Positions 22,835-31,901 of a DNA stretch of 64,000 bases are shown in pieces. This DNA comes from Mycobacteriales bacterium. GTDB taxonomy: Bacteria > Actinomycetota > Actinomycetes > Mycobacteriales > SCTD01. Positions within the stretch are counted from its first letter, which is position 1; the number at the start of each line of letters is the position of its first letter. The translations under genes were made by a program, and so were the position numbers. The stretch spans positions 4,404 to 68,403 of the forward strand of contig DATLCV010000088.1 in NCBI GenBank assembly GCA_035526225.1, given 5' to 3'. Below the pieces are notes generated by a model that was given only the letters and a program-made list of their open reading frames with translations, did not search any database and was not told the origin of the DNA.

Positions 22835-24124
22835 GTGGCGCTGACCGGGCGGGCGGCGCTGCTCGCCCTGCTCGGCGTCCTCCCGGTGGCCGTGGTGGCG
22901 ACCGGGGCGTCCGTCCTCGCGGTGCTGGGCGTGCTCGCCGCGTTGGTGCTCATCGACGTGTGGTGGGCGCCCTCGCCGCGAGCGCTGAGCCTGACCCGCA
23001 GCGGCGACACGACCTGCCGGCTGGGAGAGCGCGCTGAGGTGCGACTGCTCGTGACGAACGCGACAGGCCGCCGGCTGCGCGGGGTGCTGCGCGACGCGTG
23101 GGTGCCCTCGGCCGGCGCGCAGCCGCGCACCCACGCGCTCGACCTTCCCGCCGGCGAGCGGCGGGTGGTGGCGACCCAGCTGCACCCCACCCGTCGCGGC
23201 GACCGGCTGGCCGATCGCGTGACCGTGCGGGCGGTCGGTCCCCTGGGCATGGCGGCGCGGCAGGCGTCTGTCCCGGTGCCGTGGGGAGTCCGGGTTCAGG
23301 CGCCGTTCACCTCGCGCAAGTTCCTGCCGGAGAAGCTCGGGCGGCTGCGCCAGCTCGACGGGCTCCTGCTGGCCCGCACGCGAGGTCAGGGCACGGAGTT
23401 CGACTCGCTGCGCGAGTACGTCGTCGGCGACGACGTGCGGTCCATCGACTGGCGTGCCACGGCGCGGCAGGCCGACGTCGTGGTGCGGACGTGGCGTCCT
23501 GAGCGGGACCGTCGAGTGCTCGTCGTCCTCGACACCGGCCGCACCTCAGCAGGCCGCATCGGCGACGTGCCGCGGCTGGACGCCGCGCTCGACGCCGCGC
23601 TGCTGCTCACCGCGCTGGCCTCGCGCGCAGGCGATCGCGTCGACCTGCTCGCCGTGGACCGCACCGTCCGCACGGCGGTCGAGGGCGCCCGCTCCGACGT
23701 GCTGGCCCGGATCACGGACGCGACCGCGACCCTCGAGCCCGCCCTGGTGGAGACCGACGGCCGGCGGCTGGTCGCAGAGGTGCTGCGGCGCAGCCGCCGG
23801 CGCTCGCTGGTCGTGCTGTTCACCGCCCTCGACGCCACCGCACTGCGCGAGGGCCTGCTTCCCCACCTGGCCAGCCTCACCTCGCGTCACACAGTGCTCC
23901 TCGCCTCGGTGGCAGACCCTCGCGTCGACCTCCTCGCACGCAGCCGGGGGGACGCCGGCGAGGTCTACGCCGCGGCTGCGGCGGAGCGGTACCGCACCGA
24001 GCGGGGGCAGCTCGGGGCGGAGCTGCGCCGGCGGGGGGTCGAGGTGGTGGACGCGCCGCTGGAGTCCTTCGCACCCGCCGTCGCGGATGCCTACCTGGCC
24101 CTGAAGGGCGCCGGTCGCCTCTAG
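22835..24124 (+). CDS. DUF58 domain protein (vWA-like partner of MoxR)
   Basis: GTG at 22835 lies 4 nt after the moxR stop. It has N-terminal TM helices and the DUF58 hallmark EFDSLREYVVGDDVRSIDWRATAR. Confidence 0.88.
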   Translation: MALTGRAALLALLGVLPVAVVATGASVLAVLGVLAALVLIDVWWAPSPRALSLTRSGDTTCRLGERAEVRLLVTNATGRRLRGVLRDAWVPSAGAQPRTHALDLPAGERRVVATQLHPTRRGDRLADRVTVRAVGPLGMAARQASVPVPWGVRVQAPFTSRKFLPEKLGRLRQLDGLLLARTRGQGTEFDSLREYVVGDDVRSIDWRATARQADVVVRTWRPERDRRVLVVLDTGRTSAGRIGDVPRLDAALDAALLLTALASRAGDRVDLLAVDRTVRTAVEGARSDVLARITDATATLEPALVETDGRRLVAEVLRRSRRRSLVVLFTALDATALREGLLPHLASLTSRHTVLLASVADPRVDLLARSRGDAGEVYAAAAAERYRTERGQLGAELRRRGVEVVDAPLESFAPAVADAYLALKGAGRL

Positions 24125-24203
24125 ACCTCACATGATCATGGTGGGCTCAGACACCCTCTGGGGTGCGCCGTGTCCATCTCCGCCACGATCACCGGCCCCA
24201 CGA

Positions 24204-24731
24204 TCACCGGCTCGGGTGGTCCGAGCGGAGGATGCCCATGAGGACGATGTCCTCGTACCCGCCACGCACCCAGGCGTGCTCGCGCAACCGGCCTTCCACG
24301 ACGAAACCCGCCTTCTCGTAGGCGCGCAGCGCCGCGGCGTTCGACGCGATGGCCTGGAGGTGGATGCGGCGGAGGTTACGACGCTCGAAGCCGAAGGCCA
24401 CGAGCTGGCGGATCACCTCGGTGCCGACTCCGCGCCCCCGAACCTCGGGAGCCAGGTTGATGCCGGCCTCCGCGTGCCGGGCGTAACCGTCGAACCCGAA
24501 GAGCGTCGCGGTACCGACGGCGACGCCGTCGACGTCCACCACGAAGGCAGCTGCGTCCGCCTGCTCCTCGGCAGGCCGTGCCAGCCGTGCCGCGTAGGCC
24601 TCTCGCGTCAGCGGAGACGGTGGACCGGGGTTGCGCTCCTCCCACGTGGAGAGGTCCGCGGCGAGCCGGAAGAGCGTGTCGAGGTCGTCCTCGGTGCGCG
24701 CCCGCAGCACGACCTGCGTCAGCTCTCCCAT
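24204..24731 (-). CDS. GNAT family N-acetyltransferase
   Basis: ATG at 24731 (MGELTQVVLR). The acetyl-CoA-binding motif RGRGVGTEVIRQLVAFGF and a NAAALRAYEKAGFVVEG block are present. Confidence 0.88.
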   Translation of the reverse strand: MGELTQVVLRARTEDDLDTLFRLAADLSTWEERNPGPPSPLTREAYAARLARPAEEQADAAAFVVDVDGVAVGTATLFGFDGYARHAEAGINLAPEVRGRGVGTEVIRQLVAFGFERRNLRRIHLQAIASNAAALRAYEKAGFVVEGRLREHAWVRGGYEDIVLMGILRSDHPSR

Positions 24732-24767
24732 AAGCGCGCACCGTAGTGCCACTGCGACCCTGGCTGA

Positions 24768-25763
24768 CTAACCGGCGTAGGGGAGGGTGTCGCCGCTGTC
24801 GGCGAGGTCACCTGTCACCCCGGCGCCCGCGGCACGCCGGCCGAGCACGAAGACCACCGCGAGGAAGGCCGCCTCCGCCAGCACCCCGATGCCGATCCGT
24901 GCCCATGTCGGGAGCGGGCTCGGCGTCACGAACGCCTCGATGACGCCGCTGATCAGCAGCATCAGGGCGAGCCCGGCCGCGCCGATCAGGAGCGCCCGGC
25001 CCTCCTCCGCGATGGCCTGCGCCCGGGGTCGCCGCCCCGGGTCGATCACCGTCCAACCGAGCTTCAGGCCGAGCCCGGCAGCCACGAAGACGGTCGTCAG
25101 CTCCAGCAGGCCGTGCGGGAGGATGAGGCCGAAGAACAGCCCGCTGCGATCGTGTGCCGCCATCACCCCGCCGACGACGCCCACGCTGACTGCGTTGGTG
25201 TACAGCAGGTAGACCACCGGCAGCAGCAGGATGCCGGTCGCGACCTCGCCCGCCGCGATGAGGGCGTTGTTGGTGAAGACCTTGAACGCGAAGTCCTGCG
25301 CGGGAGCCTGCTTGTAGTAGTCGGCGAAGTCGTGCTCGACGAGCTGCTGGACGTGCTCCGGGGGGACCAGTGCCGCTTCCGCGCTGGGGTGGGTGGCGAT
25401 GTAGGCGCCCCAGGCGAAGGCGACGAGCAGGAACGCCGCGGCGGAGGCGAGCCACCACCACCGGCAGCGGTAGACCACGGCAGGGAAGTCCTCGCGCAGG
25501 AACCGCGCAACGTCGCGCCACGCGGCCTGCCTCGTGCCGGCGACCCGGCTGCGGCCCTGCGCGACGAGCGAGGAGAGCTTCCCCACGAGGACGGGGTCGG
25601 GGCTCGCGCTCTGCACGACGGACAGGTGCGTCGCGGTGCGGCGGTACAGCGTGACCAGCTCGTCCACCTCAGGACCGGTCAGCTGACGGGGGTTGCGCTT
25701 GAGCAGCTGCTCCAGGCGCGCCCACTCGCCGCGATGGGCGGCGAGGTACGCGTCGAGGTCCAC
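24768..25763 (-). CDS. SpoIIM-like (stage II sporulation protein M family) integral membrane protein
   Basis: The cytoplasmic helical N-domain reads VDLDAYLAAHRGEWARLEQLL..., followed by about six TM helices including LPHGLLELTTVFVAAGLG. The start is either GTG 25763 or ATG 25784. The latter would overlap the divergent RDD start. Confidence 0.7.
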   Translation of the reverse strand: MDLDAYLAAHRGEWARLEQLLKRNPRQLTGPEVDELVTLYRRTATHLSVVQSASPDPVLVGKLSSLVAQGRSRVAGTRQAAWRDVARFLREDFPAVVYRCRWWWLASAAAFLLVAFAWGAYIATHPSAEAALVPPEHVQQLVEHDFADYYKQAPAQDFAFKVFTNNALIAAGEVATGILLLPVVYLLYTNAVSVGVVGGVMAAHDRSGLFFGLILPHGLLELTTVFVAAGLGLKLGWTVIDPGRRPRAQAIAEEGRALLIGAAGLALMLLISGVIEAFVTPSPLPTWARIGIGVLAEAAFLAVVFVLGRRAAGAGVTGDLADSGDTLPYAG

Positions 25764-25782
25764 GCCACGGCAGACTAGGCCC

Positions 25783-26661
25783 ATGACGCAGCTGGTGACG
25801 GGCGAGGCCGTGGTCCTCGACCTGCGCCTCGCGGGGGTGCCCTCCCGCGTCGCCGCCTCACTGGTGGACATCGTCGTCCAGGGCCTCGCCCTCGCCCTGC
25901 TGCTGCTGCCACTCGGCGCTGTGGTCGCCTCGAGCTCCCCCGCGGTCACGGCCGGCGCGATGATCGTGCTGGTGCTGGCGGTGATGCTCGGCTACCCCGT
26001 CCTCATGGAGACGCTGGCCGGAGGGCGCACGCTGGGCAAGCTGGTGCTCGGGCTTCGCGTGGTGCGTGACGACGGCGGCCCGATCGGGTTCCGGCACGCC
26101 GTCACCCGGGGGCTGCTCGGACTGTTCGTCGAGAAGCCCGGGTTCACCTGGGGGTCGGCCGGCCTCATCACGGCCCTGCTCAACGAGCGCGGGAAGCGGC
26201 TGGGTGACCTGGCCGCGGGCACCGTCGTGGTGCAGGAGCGCGTGGCGCGGCAGCGTGCCGACTCCGTCGCCATGCCGCCCCCGCTGGCAGGCTGGGCGAG
26301 CACGCTCGACCTGACGGGCCTGCCCGACGACCTCGCCGAGTCGGCCCGCTCCTACCTCGGCCGGCTCTCCTCGCTCACCGCGGCGTCGCAAGGCGAGCTC
26401 GGGTCGCGCATCGCCTCGGCCGTCGCGGCGGTCGTCACGCCACCACCCCCCGCCGGCGTCCCGCCCTGGGCGTACCTGTCGGCCGTGCTGGCCGAGCGCC
26501 GCCGTCGAGGCGGGTACGGCGTGCAGGTGTTCCCAGCCGCGCCCCCCAGCCTTGCCGGGTACTCAGCGCCGTCCCCGGTGACGTCGCCGCCTGCCGCGTC
26601 GGCCCCGCCGTCCGCCGTACCGGAGGGCGGGTCCGGCTCGCCGTTCGCTCCGCCGGGCTGA
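25783..26661 (+). CDS. RDD family membrane protein
   Basis: ATG at 25783 (MTQLVTGEAVVLDLRLAG). The motifs GRTLGKLVLGLRVVRDDG and RLGDLAAGTVVV are typical of RDD domains. The tail is Pro/Ser/Ala-rich. Confidence 0.8.
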   Translation: MTQLVTGEAVVLDLRLAGVPSRVAASLVDIVVQGLALALLLLPLGAVVASSSPAVTAGAMIVLVLAVMLGYPVLMETLAGGRTLGKLVLGLRVVRDDGGPIGFRHAVTRGLLGLFVEKPGFTWGSAGLITALLNERGKRLGDLAAGTVVVQERVARQRADSVAMPPPLAGWASTLDLTGLPDDLAESARSYLGRLSSLTAASQGELGSRIASAVAAVVTPPPPAGVPPWAYLSAVLAERRRRGGYGVQVFPAAPPSLAGYSAPSPVTSPPAASAPPSAVPEGGSGSPFAPPG

Positions 26662-26662
26662 G

Positions 26663-27589
26663 TCAGCGGCGCGGGAGGGTGGCGTACCGCTCGACGAAGG
26701 ACCGGTAGACGGCGACGATCTTCGGGTCGAGCCGCAGGTCGTTGTGGTAGGTGTTCGGGAACTGCCGGTTGAGCGCACCCTCCAGTCGCGGGGACTGCGC
26801 GTACGCCGGCCCGACGTAGGCCGGGTCACCCACCCCGCTGCCGTCGTAGACCGTCATCCACCGGGCCGGCGCGTAGGTCTCACCCGCAGCGTTGAGCTGG
26901 GCGAGCCACGCGGTGCCGGCGGCGATCTCGTCGCAGGACACGACGTTGCCGTCGGACCCGGGCGGGCAGAAGGTCGTCCCGTGGTTCGCGCCGGCGATGC
27001 CGACGAACGCGACCAGGTCCTTGCGCAGCTCCTTGTGCACCAGCAGCGTCTTGCGGGCGAGGGTCACGCCGAGCGAGTGGCCGACGATCACGAAGCGGCG
27101 TGAGCCCGTGTACGCCTGCACGACCTTGATGAACCGGTACAGGTCGGGGACGTTGACGTCGTTCTCGGTGATGTACGTCGAGTGGTCGTCGCCGTTGTCG
27201 CGGTGCTCGGCGTCGCGCTGCGGGTTGGGGGTGAACAGCGCGGTGCCGTTGGAGCCGCCGAACCCCCCGTACGACAGCGCCCACAGCTCCTGGTCGGTCC
27301 AGCCGTTCGCCTTGAACCCGTCGCGTACCGGGTACCAGTCGGCGGCGTCGACGTTGTTGCCGTGCACGAAGACGACGGGGACGTGCCGCAGCGGGTAGCG
27401 CGGACGGATGCCACCGAAGCCGCCCACCTTCCACTTCCACTCGCTGTCGATGACCACCGGCACGGTCTTCGCGAACTTCCACGCCGCCGGCCCTTGCGGC
27501 TTGCTCCGCTCCGGCTTGCCCTGGCCGGCGTAGGACGGCAGGGAGGCCAGGCAGCCCAGTGCCAGCGCTGCAGCCAGCAGCCGCCTCAC
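26663..27589 (-). CDS. secreted lipase/esterase (class-2-lipase-like alpha/beta hydrolase)
   Basis: GTG at 27589 overlaps the stop of the acyl-CoA synthetase gene (GTGA, 27586-27589). Signal peptide VRRLLAAALALGCLASLPSYAGQ, oxyanion region VVFVHGNN, and nucleophile elbow VIVGHSLG. Confidence 0.8.
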   Translation of the reverse strand: MRRLLAAALALGCLASLPSYAGQGKPERSKPQGPAAWKFAKTVPVVIDSEWKWKVGGFGGIRPRYPLRHVPVVFVHGNNVDAADWYPVRDGFKANGWTDQELWALSYGGFGGSNGTALFTPNPQRDAEHRDNGDDHSTYITENDVNVPDLYRFIKVVQAYTGSRRFVIVGHSLGVTLARKTLLVHKELRKDLVAFVGIAGANHGTTFCPPGSDGNVVSCDEIAAGTAWLAQLNAAGETYAPARWMTVYDGSGVGDPAYVGPAYAQSPRLEGALNRQFPNTYHNDLRLDPKIVAVYRSFVERYATLPRR

Positions 27590-29178
27590 GGCAGGACCAC
27601 GTCCGCGAGCGACGCGCGCAGCACCTTCTTGTCGTACTTGCCGACGCTGGTCTTCGCGACCTCGTCCACGACGACCAGCATGTCGGGCAGCCACCACTTC
27701 GCGACGCGCTCGGCGAGGAACTCACGGAGCTCGGCGAGGGTCAGCGAGGCGCCCGGCGCCAGCGCCGCCACGACCACCGGCCGCTCGTCCCAGCGCTCGC
27801 TGCGCACGCCCACCACCGCGGCCTCGCGGACCGCGGGGTGGGCCAGGCACGCGCCCTCGAGCTCGACCGAGCTGATCCACTCGCCGCCGGACTTCACGAG
27901 GTCCTTGGACCGGTCGACGATGCGGAAGTACCCGTCGTGCTCCATCGCGGCCATGTCGCCGGTGCGCAGCCAACCGTCGTGGAACTTGTCGGGTGCGCCG
28001 CCCCAGTAGTCCCCGGCGACCCAGGGGCCGCGCACCTCGAGCTCGCCGACCGTCTCGCCGTCCCAGGGCGCCTCGTCGCCGTTCTCCACGCAGACCCGGC
28101 CCTCGAGGCCGGCGAGGAGGTATCCGGTCTTCGCCCGGACGTCCCGGCGCGCCTCGTCGTCAAGCCCCGCGTGGCGACGGCGGGGGCGCGACGTGGCGGC
28201 AACCGGGCCCGTCTCGGTCATGCCCCACAGCTGCAGGATCTCGATCCCGATCTCGTCGTAGGCCTCGAGCAGCGCCCGGGGTGTCGCACTGCCGCCGATG
28301 CCGATGGTGCGCAGCGAGGACAGGTCGTGCGTGCGCGCCAGCGGCAGCAGCGCCGTCCAGATCGTCGGGACACCTGCCGTCCAGGTGACCCCCTCCTCGG
28401 CGATGACCCGCGCAAGGTGCTCCGGAGACGTGTCGGAGCCGACGAGGACGAGGTCGGCACCCGTGAGCGGCGCGGCGTAGGGCAGCCCCCAGCCGCACGC
28501 GTGGAAGAGGGGTACGACGGGCAGCACCCGCTCTCGCTCGCTGATGGCCAAGGCGTCGACCATGCAGATCGCCATGGCGTGCAGGAACATCGCGCGATGG
28601 GTGTAGACGACGCCCTTGGGCATGCCCGTCGTACCGCTGGTGTGGCAGATGCCGGAAGGGTCGTCCTCGCGCAGCTGGGGCAGCGCGGCGGGCTCGGTGG
28701 GCCGGGCCCCGGCGATGAGGGACTCGCCGTCGAGCAACCCCGGCACCTCGGTGTCGCCCTTGCCGAGGCGCACGAGGTGCTTCACCGTCGGAAGCGACAG
28801 GTCTCCCAGGCGCGGGACGAGGTCGTCGTCGACGAAGACGACCTGGTCCTGCGCGTCGGCGATGACGTACTCGAGCTGCTCGGGGTGCAGCCGGATGTTC
28901 ACCATGTGCAGCACCGCGCCGGCCAGCGGTACGGCGTAGTAGAGCTCGAGGTGCCGGCTGGTGTTGTTCGCGAACGACGCGACGCGGTCGCCAGGACGCA
29001 CGCCCAGGTCCCTCAGCACCGTCACGAGTCGCAGCACGCGGTCGGCGATCTCGCCGTACGTCTGGCGCGTCGTGCCCTCGGGCAGCGCGTCGACGACGAC
29101 GCTGCCGGCGTTGACCGTGCGCATCCGCTCGAAGATCGTGCCGATGGTGAGGGGCATCTGCCCCATGTACGCGGTCAC
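27586..29178 (-). CDS. AMP-dependent acyl-CoA synthetase/ligase (FadD-like)
   Basis: GTG at 29178 has AGGAGG 7 nt upstream and overlaps the pucR-like stop (GTGA). The AMP-binding motif is ICHTSGTTGMPKGV, with later GWLRTGD and PKTSVGKYDKK blocks. Confidence 0.9.
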   Translation of the reverse strand: MTAYMGQMPLTIGTIFERMRTVNAGSVVVDALPEGTTRQTYGEIADRVLRLVTVLRDLGVRPGDRVASFANNTSRHLELYYAVPLAGAVLHMVNIRLHPEQLEYVIADAQDQVVFVDDDLVPRLGDLSLPTVKHLVRLGKGDTEVPGLLDGESLIAGARPTEPAALPQLREDDPSGICHTSGTTGMPKGVVYTHRAMFLHAMAICMVDALAISERERVLPVVPLFHACGWGLPYAAPLTGADLVLVGSDTSPEHLARVIAEEGVTWTAGVPTIWTALLPLARTHDLSSLRTIGIGGSATPRALLEAYDEIGIEILQLWGMTETGPVAATSRPRRRHAGLDDEARRDVRAKTGYLLAGLEGRVCVENGDEAPWDGETVGELEVRGPWVAGDYWGGAPDKFHDGWLRTGDMAAMEHDGYFRIVDRSKDLVKSGGEWISSVELEGACLAHPAVREAAVVGVRSERWDERPVVVAALAPGASLTLAELREFLAERVAKWWLPDMLVVVDEVAKTSVGKYDKKVLRASLADVVLP

Positions 29179-30329
29179 TGCTGCTCCTCCTGGGGAAGGC
29201 CGAGGCCCAGCACGAGCAGTGCGCTCTCCTGGGGCACCTTGGGGTCCAGGCCGGTGAGGTCCCGCACGCGTCCGAGCCGGTAGCCGACGGTGTTGGCGTG
29301 GACCTGCTCGCGACGCGCGGTCTCGGGCACGGAACCTGTCTCCAGGTACACCCGGAGCGTCGCGGTCACGACGCCTCCCGCGTCGCGGGCGGCAAGGACG
29401 TCCAGCACCCGTCGGCGGAGTGCTCCGGCCACCCGCTCGTTGCCGAGCAGGAGCTGCTCCACCAGGAGGTCGTCCGGTCCGAGCACGCCCTCGGTGTGGC
29501 CCTCGGCGAGCGCCGTGAGCAGCAGCCGCTCGACCTGGTGAACCTCCTCCAGCAACGCAGGCCCGCACGCGGCGGGACGGCCCCAGCAGGTGAGGACGTC
29601 GCTGCGCAGCCGCGGCGGATCGGTGCGGGTCGGCACGAGCAGCAGGACGCGGTCACCGCGGTGACCACCGAGGGTGCCGGGCGGCGCGTCGGCCAGCAGC
29701 GCGTCGATGCGGGCGGCTGCACCGGCGCCGGACACGAGCACCGGCACGTACTGCGCGGCAAGCACCGTGGAGAAGCGCAGCGACACCGCCGCCACCTCGC
29801 TGCGGTCCGTCGCCGACAGCAACGCCTCCACGAGCTCACGGCGACGGGCGTCGACGTGGCGGAGCCGCTCGTGCGACGCGGCGAGGTAGGCCTGCGCGAG
29901 CAGCGAGGAGGTGCGGTCGACGATGTCCATCCACCGGGTGCCGAGGTCCGCCAGCAGCACCGTCTCGCCGGCGTCGACGGCCGCGCACATCGCGGCCCAC
30001 GCCTCGCGACCGGCGATGCGGTAGGCGTGCAGCACCGACTCCAGCGGCATCCCCATGGCAAGGCGCTGGCGACCCGACTGCGCGAACACCTCGAGCTCGC
30101 GGGGCGACGGCGAGCGTCCCTCCACGACGCAGGCGAGGAACGTCGTGACGAGGCGGCGCGAGACAGGCAGGACCTCGACCGCGAACTCACCCGGTGTCAG
30201 CTCGGCGTACTCGGGGATCTCCTCGCGGTACGCCGCGCCCATCCGCTCGAGCAGGCCGTCGAGATCGGCGAGCACCCGCTCCGCCAGGGCCCCGACCCCG
30301 TCGGAGCGGACAGCGCGCAACCTGCTCAT
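29175..30329 (-). CDS. PucR/CdaR-family transcriptional regulator
   Basis: The C-terminal HTH LRVYLETGSVPETARREQVHANTVGYRLGRVRDLTGLDP is typical of the PucR C-terminal domain. Confidence 0.85.
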   Translation of the reverse strand: MSRLRAVRSDGVGALAERVLADLDGLLERMGAAYREEIPEYAELTPGEFAVEVLPVSRRLVTTFLACVVEGRSPSPRELEVFAQSGRQRLAMGMPLESVLHAYRIAGREAWAAMCAAVDAGETVLLADLGTRWMDIVDRTSSLLAQAYLAASHERLRHVDARRRELVEALLSATDRSEVAAVSLRFSTVLAAQYVPVLVSGAGAAARIDALLADAPPGTLGGHRGDRVLLLVPTRTDPPRLRSDVLTCWGRPAACGPALLEEVHQVERLLLTALAEGHTEGVLGPDDLLVEQLLLGNERVAGALRRRVLDVLAARDAGGVVTATLRVYLETGSVPETARREQVHANTVGYRLGRVRDLTGLDPKVPQESALLVLGLGLPQEEQQ

Positions 30330-30339
30330 CGGTGGGCGC

Positions 30340-31137
30340 TCACGCCTCGTTCGCGGCGAACCAGGCGAGCAGCTCCCGGTTCACCTCGTCGGCACGGTCA
30401 GTGGTGAGGACGTGGTTCGCGCCCTCCACGAGCACCAGCTTGGCGCCCGGAATGGCCTCGGCGAGCACCTCGGCGTTTCCCGGGACGCAGAGCCGGTCGA
30501 CGGCGCCGTGCAGCACGAGCGTCGGGACGCTCATGGAGGGCAGGCGGTCGTAGCCCGACCACAGCGCAGTGCCGCCCTGTGCGGCGTAGCCGACGACGTC
30601 CGCGGTGCCCGCGGAACGGACCGCCCAGTCCTGCTCGATGAGCTCGCGCGGCGTCGAGGGGTGATAGTTGAACGGGATCGAGAACTCGGCGCGCTCCTCC
30701 GCCGGCATCGCCAGCCGTGCTGCCATGAACTCCTGCATCTCCTGGGGCCACACGCCGTGGGCGGTGCCGGGGTGCGAGGCCAGCAGCGTCAACGAGCGCA
30801 CCCGCTGCGGGTGCGACAGCGCGAGCTCCTGCGCCATCAGCCCTCCCATGGAGATGCCGACGAGGTGCGCCTGCTCCACACCCGCTGCGTCGAGGACCGC
30901 GAGGCAGTCATCGGTCATCAGCTCGACCGTGTACGGCGCACCGGGGGCGCCCGCGCTCCCGCCGGACCCGCGGTTGTCCACCGTCAGCACCCGATGCCGG
31001 TCAGCGAGCACCGAGACCTGCCGGTGCCATGAGGCCGCCGGATAGGCCAGCCCCATGATCAGCAGGACCGGGGAGCCTGATCCCTCGTCGTACCAGGCGA
31101 TCTCGGCACCGTCGGGACGGACGACCGTGTTGCTCAT
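30340..31137 (-). CDS. alpha/beta hydrolase
   Basis: PVLLIMG, nucleophile elbow GISMGG, and the late His region GANHVL. The ATG overlaps the livF-like stop (ATGA, 31134-31137). Confidence 0.88.
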   Translation of the reverse strand: MSNTVVRPDGAEIAWYDEGSGSPVLLIMGLAYPAASWHRQVSVLADRHRVLTVDNRGSGGSAGAPGAPYTVELMTDDCLAVLDAAGVEQAHLVGISMGGLMAQELALSHPQRVRSLTLLASHPGTAHGVWPQEMQEFMAARLAMPAEERAEFSIPFNYHPSTPRELIEQDWAVRSAGTADVVGYAAQGGTALWSGYDRLPSMSVPTLVLHGAVDRLCVPGNAEVLAEAIPGAKLVLVEGANHVLTTDRADEVNRELLAWFAANEA

Positions 31138-31901
31138 GAAGAAGCTCCCTTGCGAGCCGAGAGGGCGGAACCGGTCGCGCCGGCGAGGACCCGGCCGATG
31201 CCCAGGTGCGTGGCCAGCGTGGTCTCGTCGAGGTCGGCGACCGGCCCGCTGTGCACGACTGTGCCGGTCTGCATGAGGTTGGCCGTGTCGACGAGCGACA
31301 GCCCGAAGGCGATGTTCTGCTCGACGAGCACCATGGTCACGCCGCTGTCCTTGACCACCTGCAGCACCTCGCGCAGGTCGTGCTGCATCTTGGGCGAGAG
31401 CCCGGCCGAGGGCTCGTCGACGAGGACGAGGCGCGGCTCGTTGATCAGCGCCCGGGCCACCGAGAGCGAGGCCTGCTGACCGCCCGACATCGTGCCGGCC
31501 GGCTGGCGGCGGCGCTCGCGGAGCACGGGGAAGCGGTCGTAGACGCTGTCCAGGGCGGCGGCGTAGCGGCTGCGGGCACGACGACGCAGCGTGTAGGCGC
31601 CGAGCCGGAGGTTCTCCTCCACCGTCAGCTCCGGGAACACCTGCCGTCCCTGCGGGACGTGCCCCATGCCGCGGGCGACCCGCTTCTCGGGCGACAGCCG
31701 GGAGACGTCCTCACCCTCGAAGAGCACCCGTCCCGTTCGGGCTGGGACGAGGCCGGCGATGGTCTTCATCGTCACCGACTTGCCCGCGCCGTTGAGGCCG
31801 AACACGCCTGCGATGCTGCCCGCCGGCACCTGCAGGTCCACGCCGTGCAGCACGGTGACCGGACCGAACCCCGCGGTCACCCCCTCCAGCTCGAGCATCA
31901 T
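31134..31901 (-). CDS. livF: branched-chain-amino-acid-type ABC transporter ATP-binding protein (LivF-like)
   Basis: Walker A GLNGAGKS, signature MSGGQQ and Walker B LVLVDEPSAGL. The ATG overlaps the upstream stop (ATGA). Confidence 0.9.
   Translation of the reverse strand: MMLELEGVTAGFGPVTVLHGVDLQVPAGSIAGVFGLNGAGKSVTMKTIAGLVPARTGRVLFEGEDVSRLSPEKRVARGMGHVPQGRQVFPELTVEENLRLGAYTLRRRARSRYAAALDSVYDRFPVLRERRRQPAGTMSGGQQASLSVARALINEPRLVLVDEPSAGLSPKMQHDLREVLQVVKDSGVTMVLVEQNIAFGLSLVDTANLMQTGTVVHSGPVADLDETTLATHLGIGRVLAGATGSALSARKGASS

Noticed and set aside
24125-24211. 10-bp palindrome CATGATCATG (24131-24140) and a doubled ccacgatcaccggc (24183-24196 and 24198-24211) between the convergent DUF58 and GNAT genes
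   Set aside because: These elements are too short to assign a function. The second copy overlaps the GNAT 3' end. No U-tract or extended stem suggests a terminator.
25782-25785. Overlapping divergent ATG codons (CATG) for the SpoIIM-like and RDD genes
   Set aside because: The overlap is physically implausible for two initiation sites. The in-frame GTG at 25763 gives an N-terminus (VDLDAYLAAHRGEW) that looks like the family start, so I prefer it.
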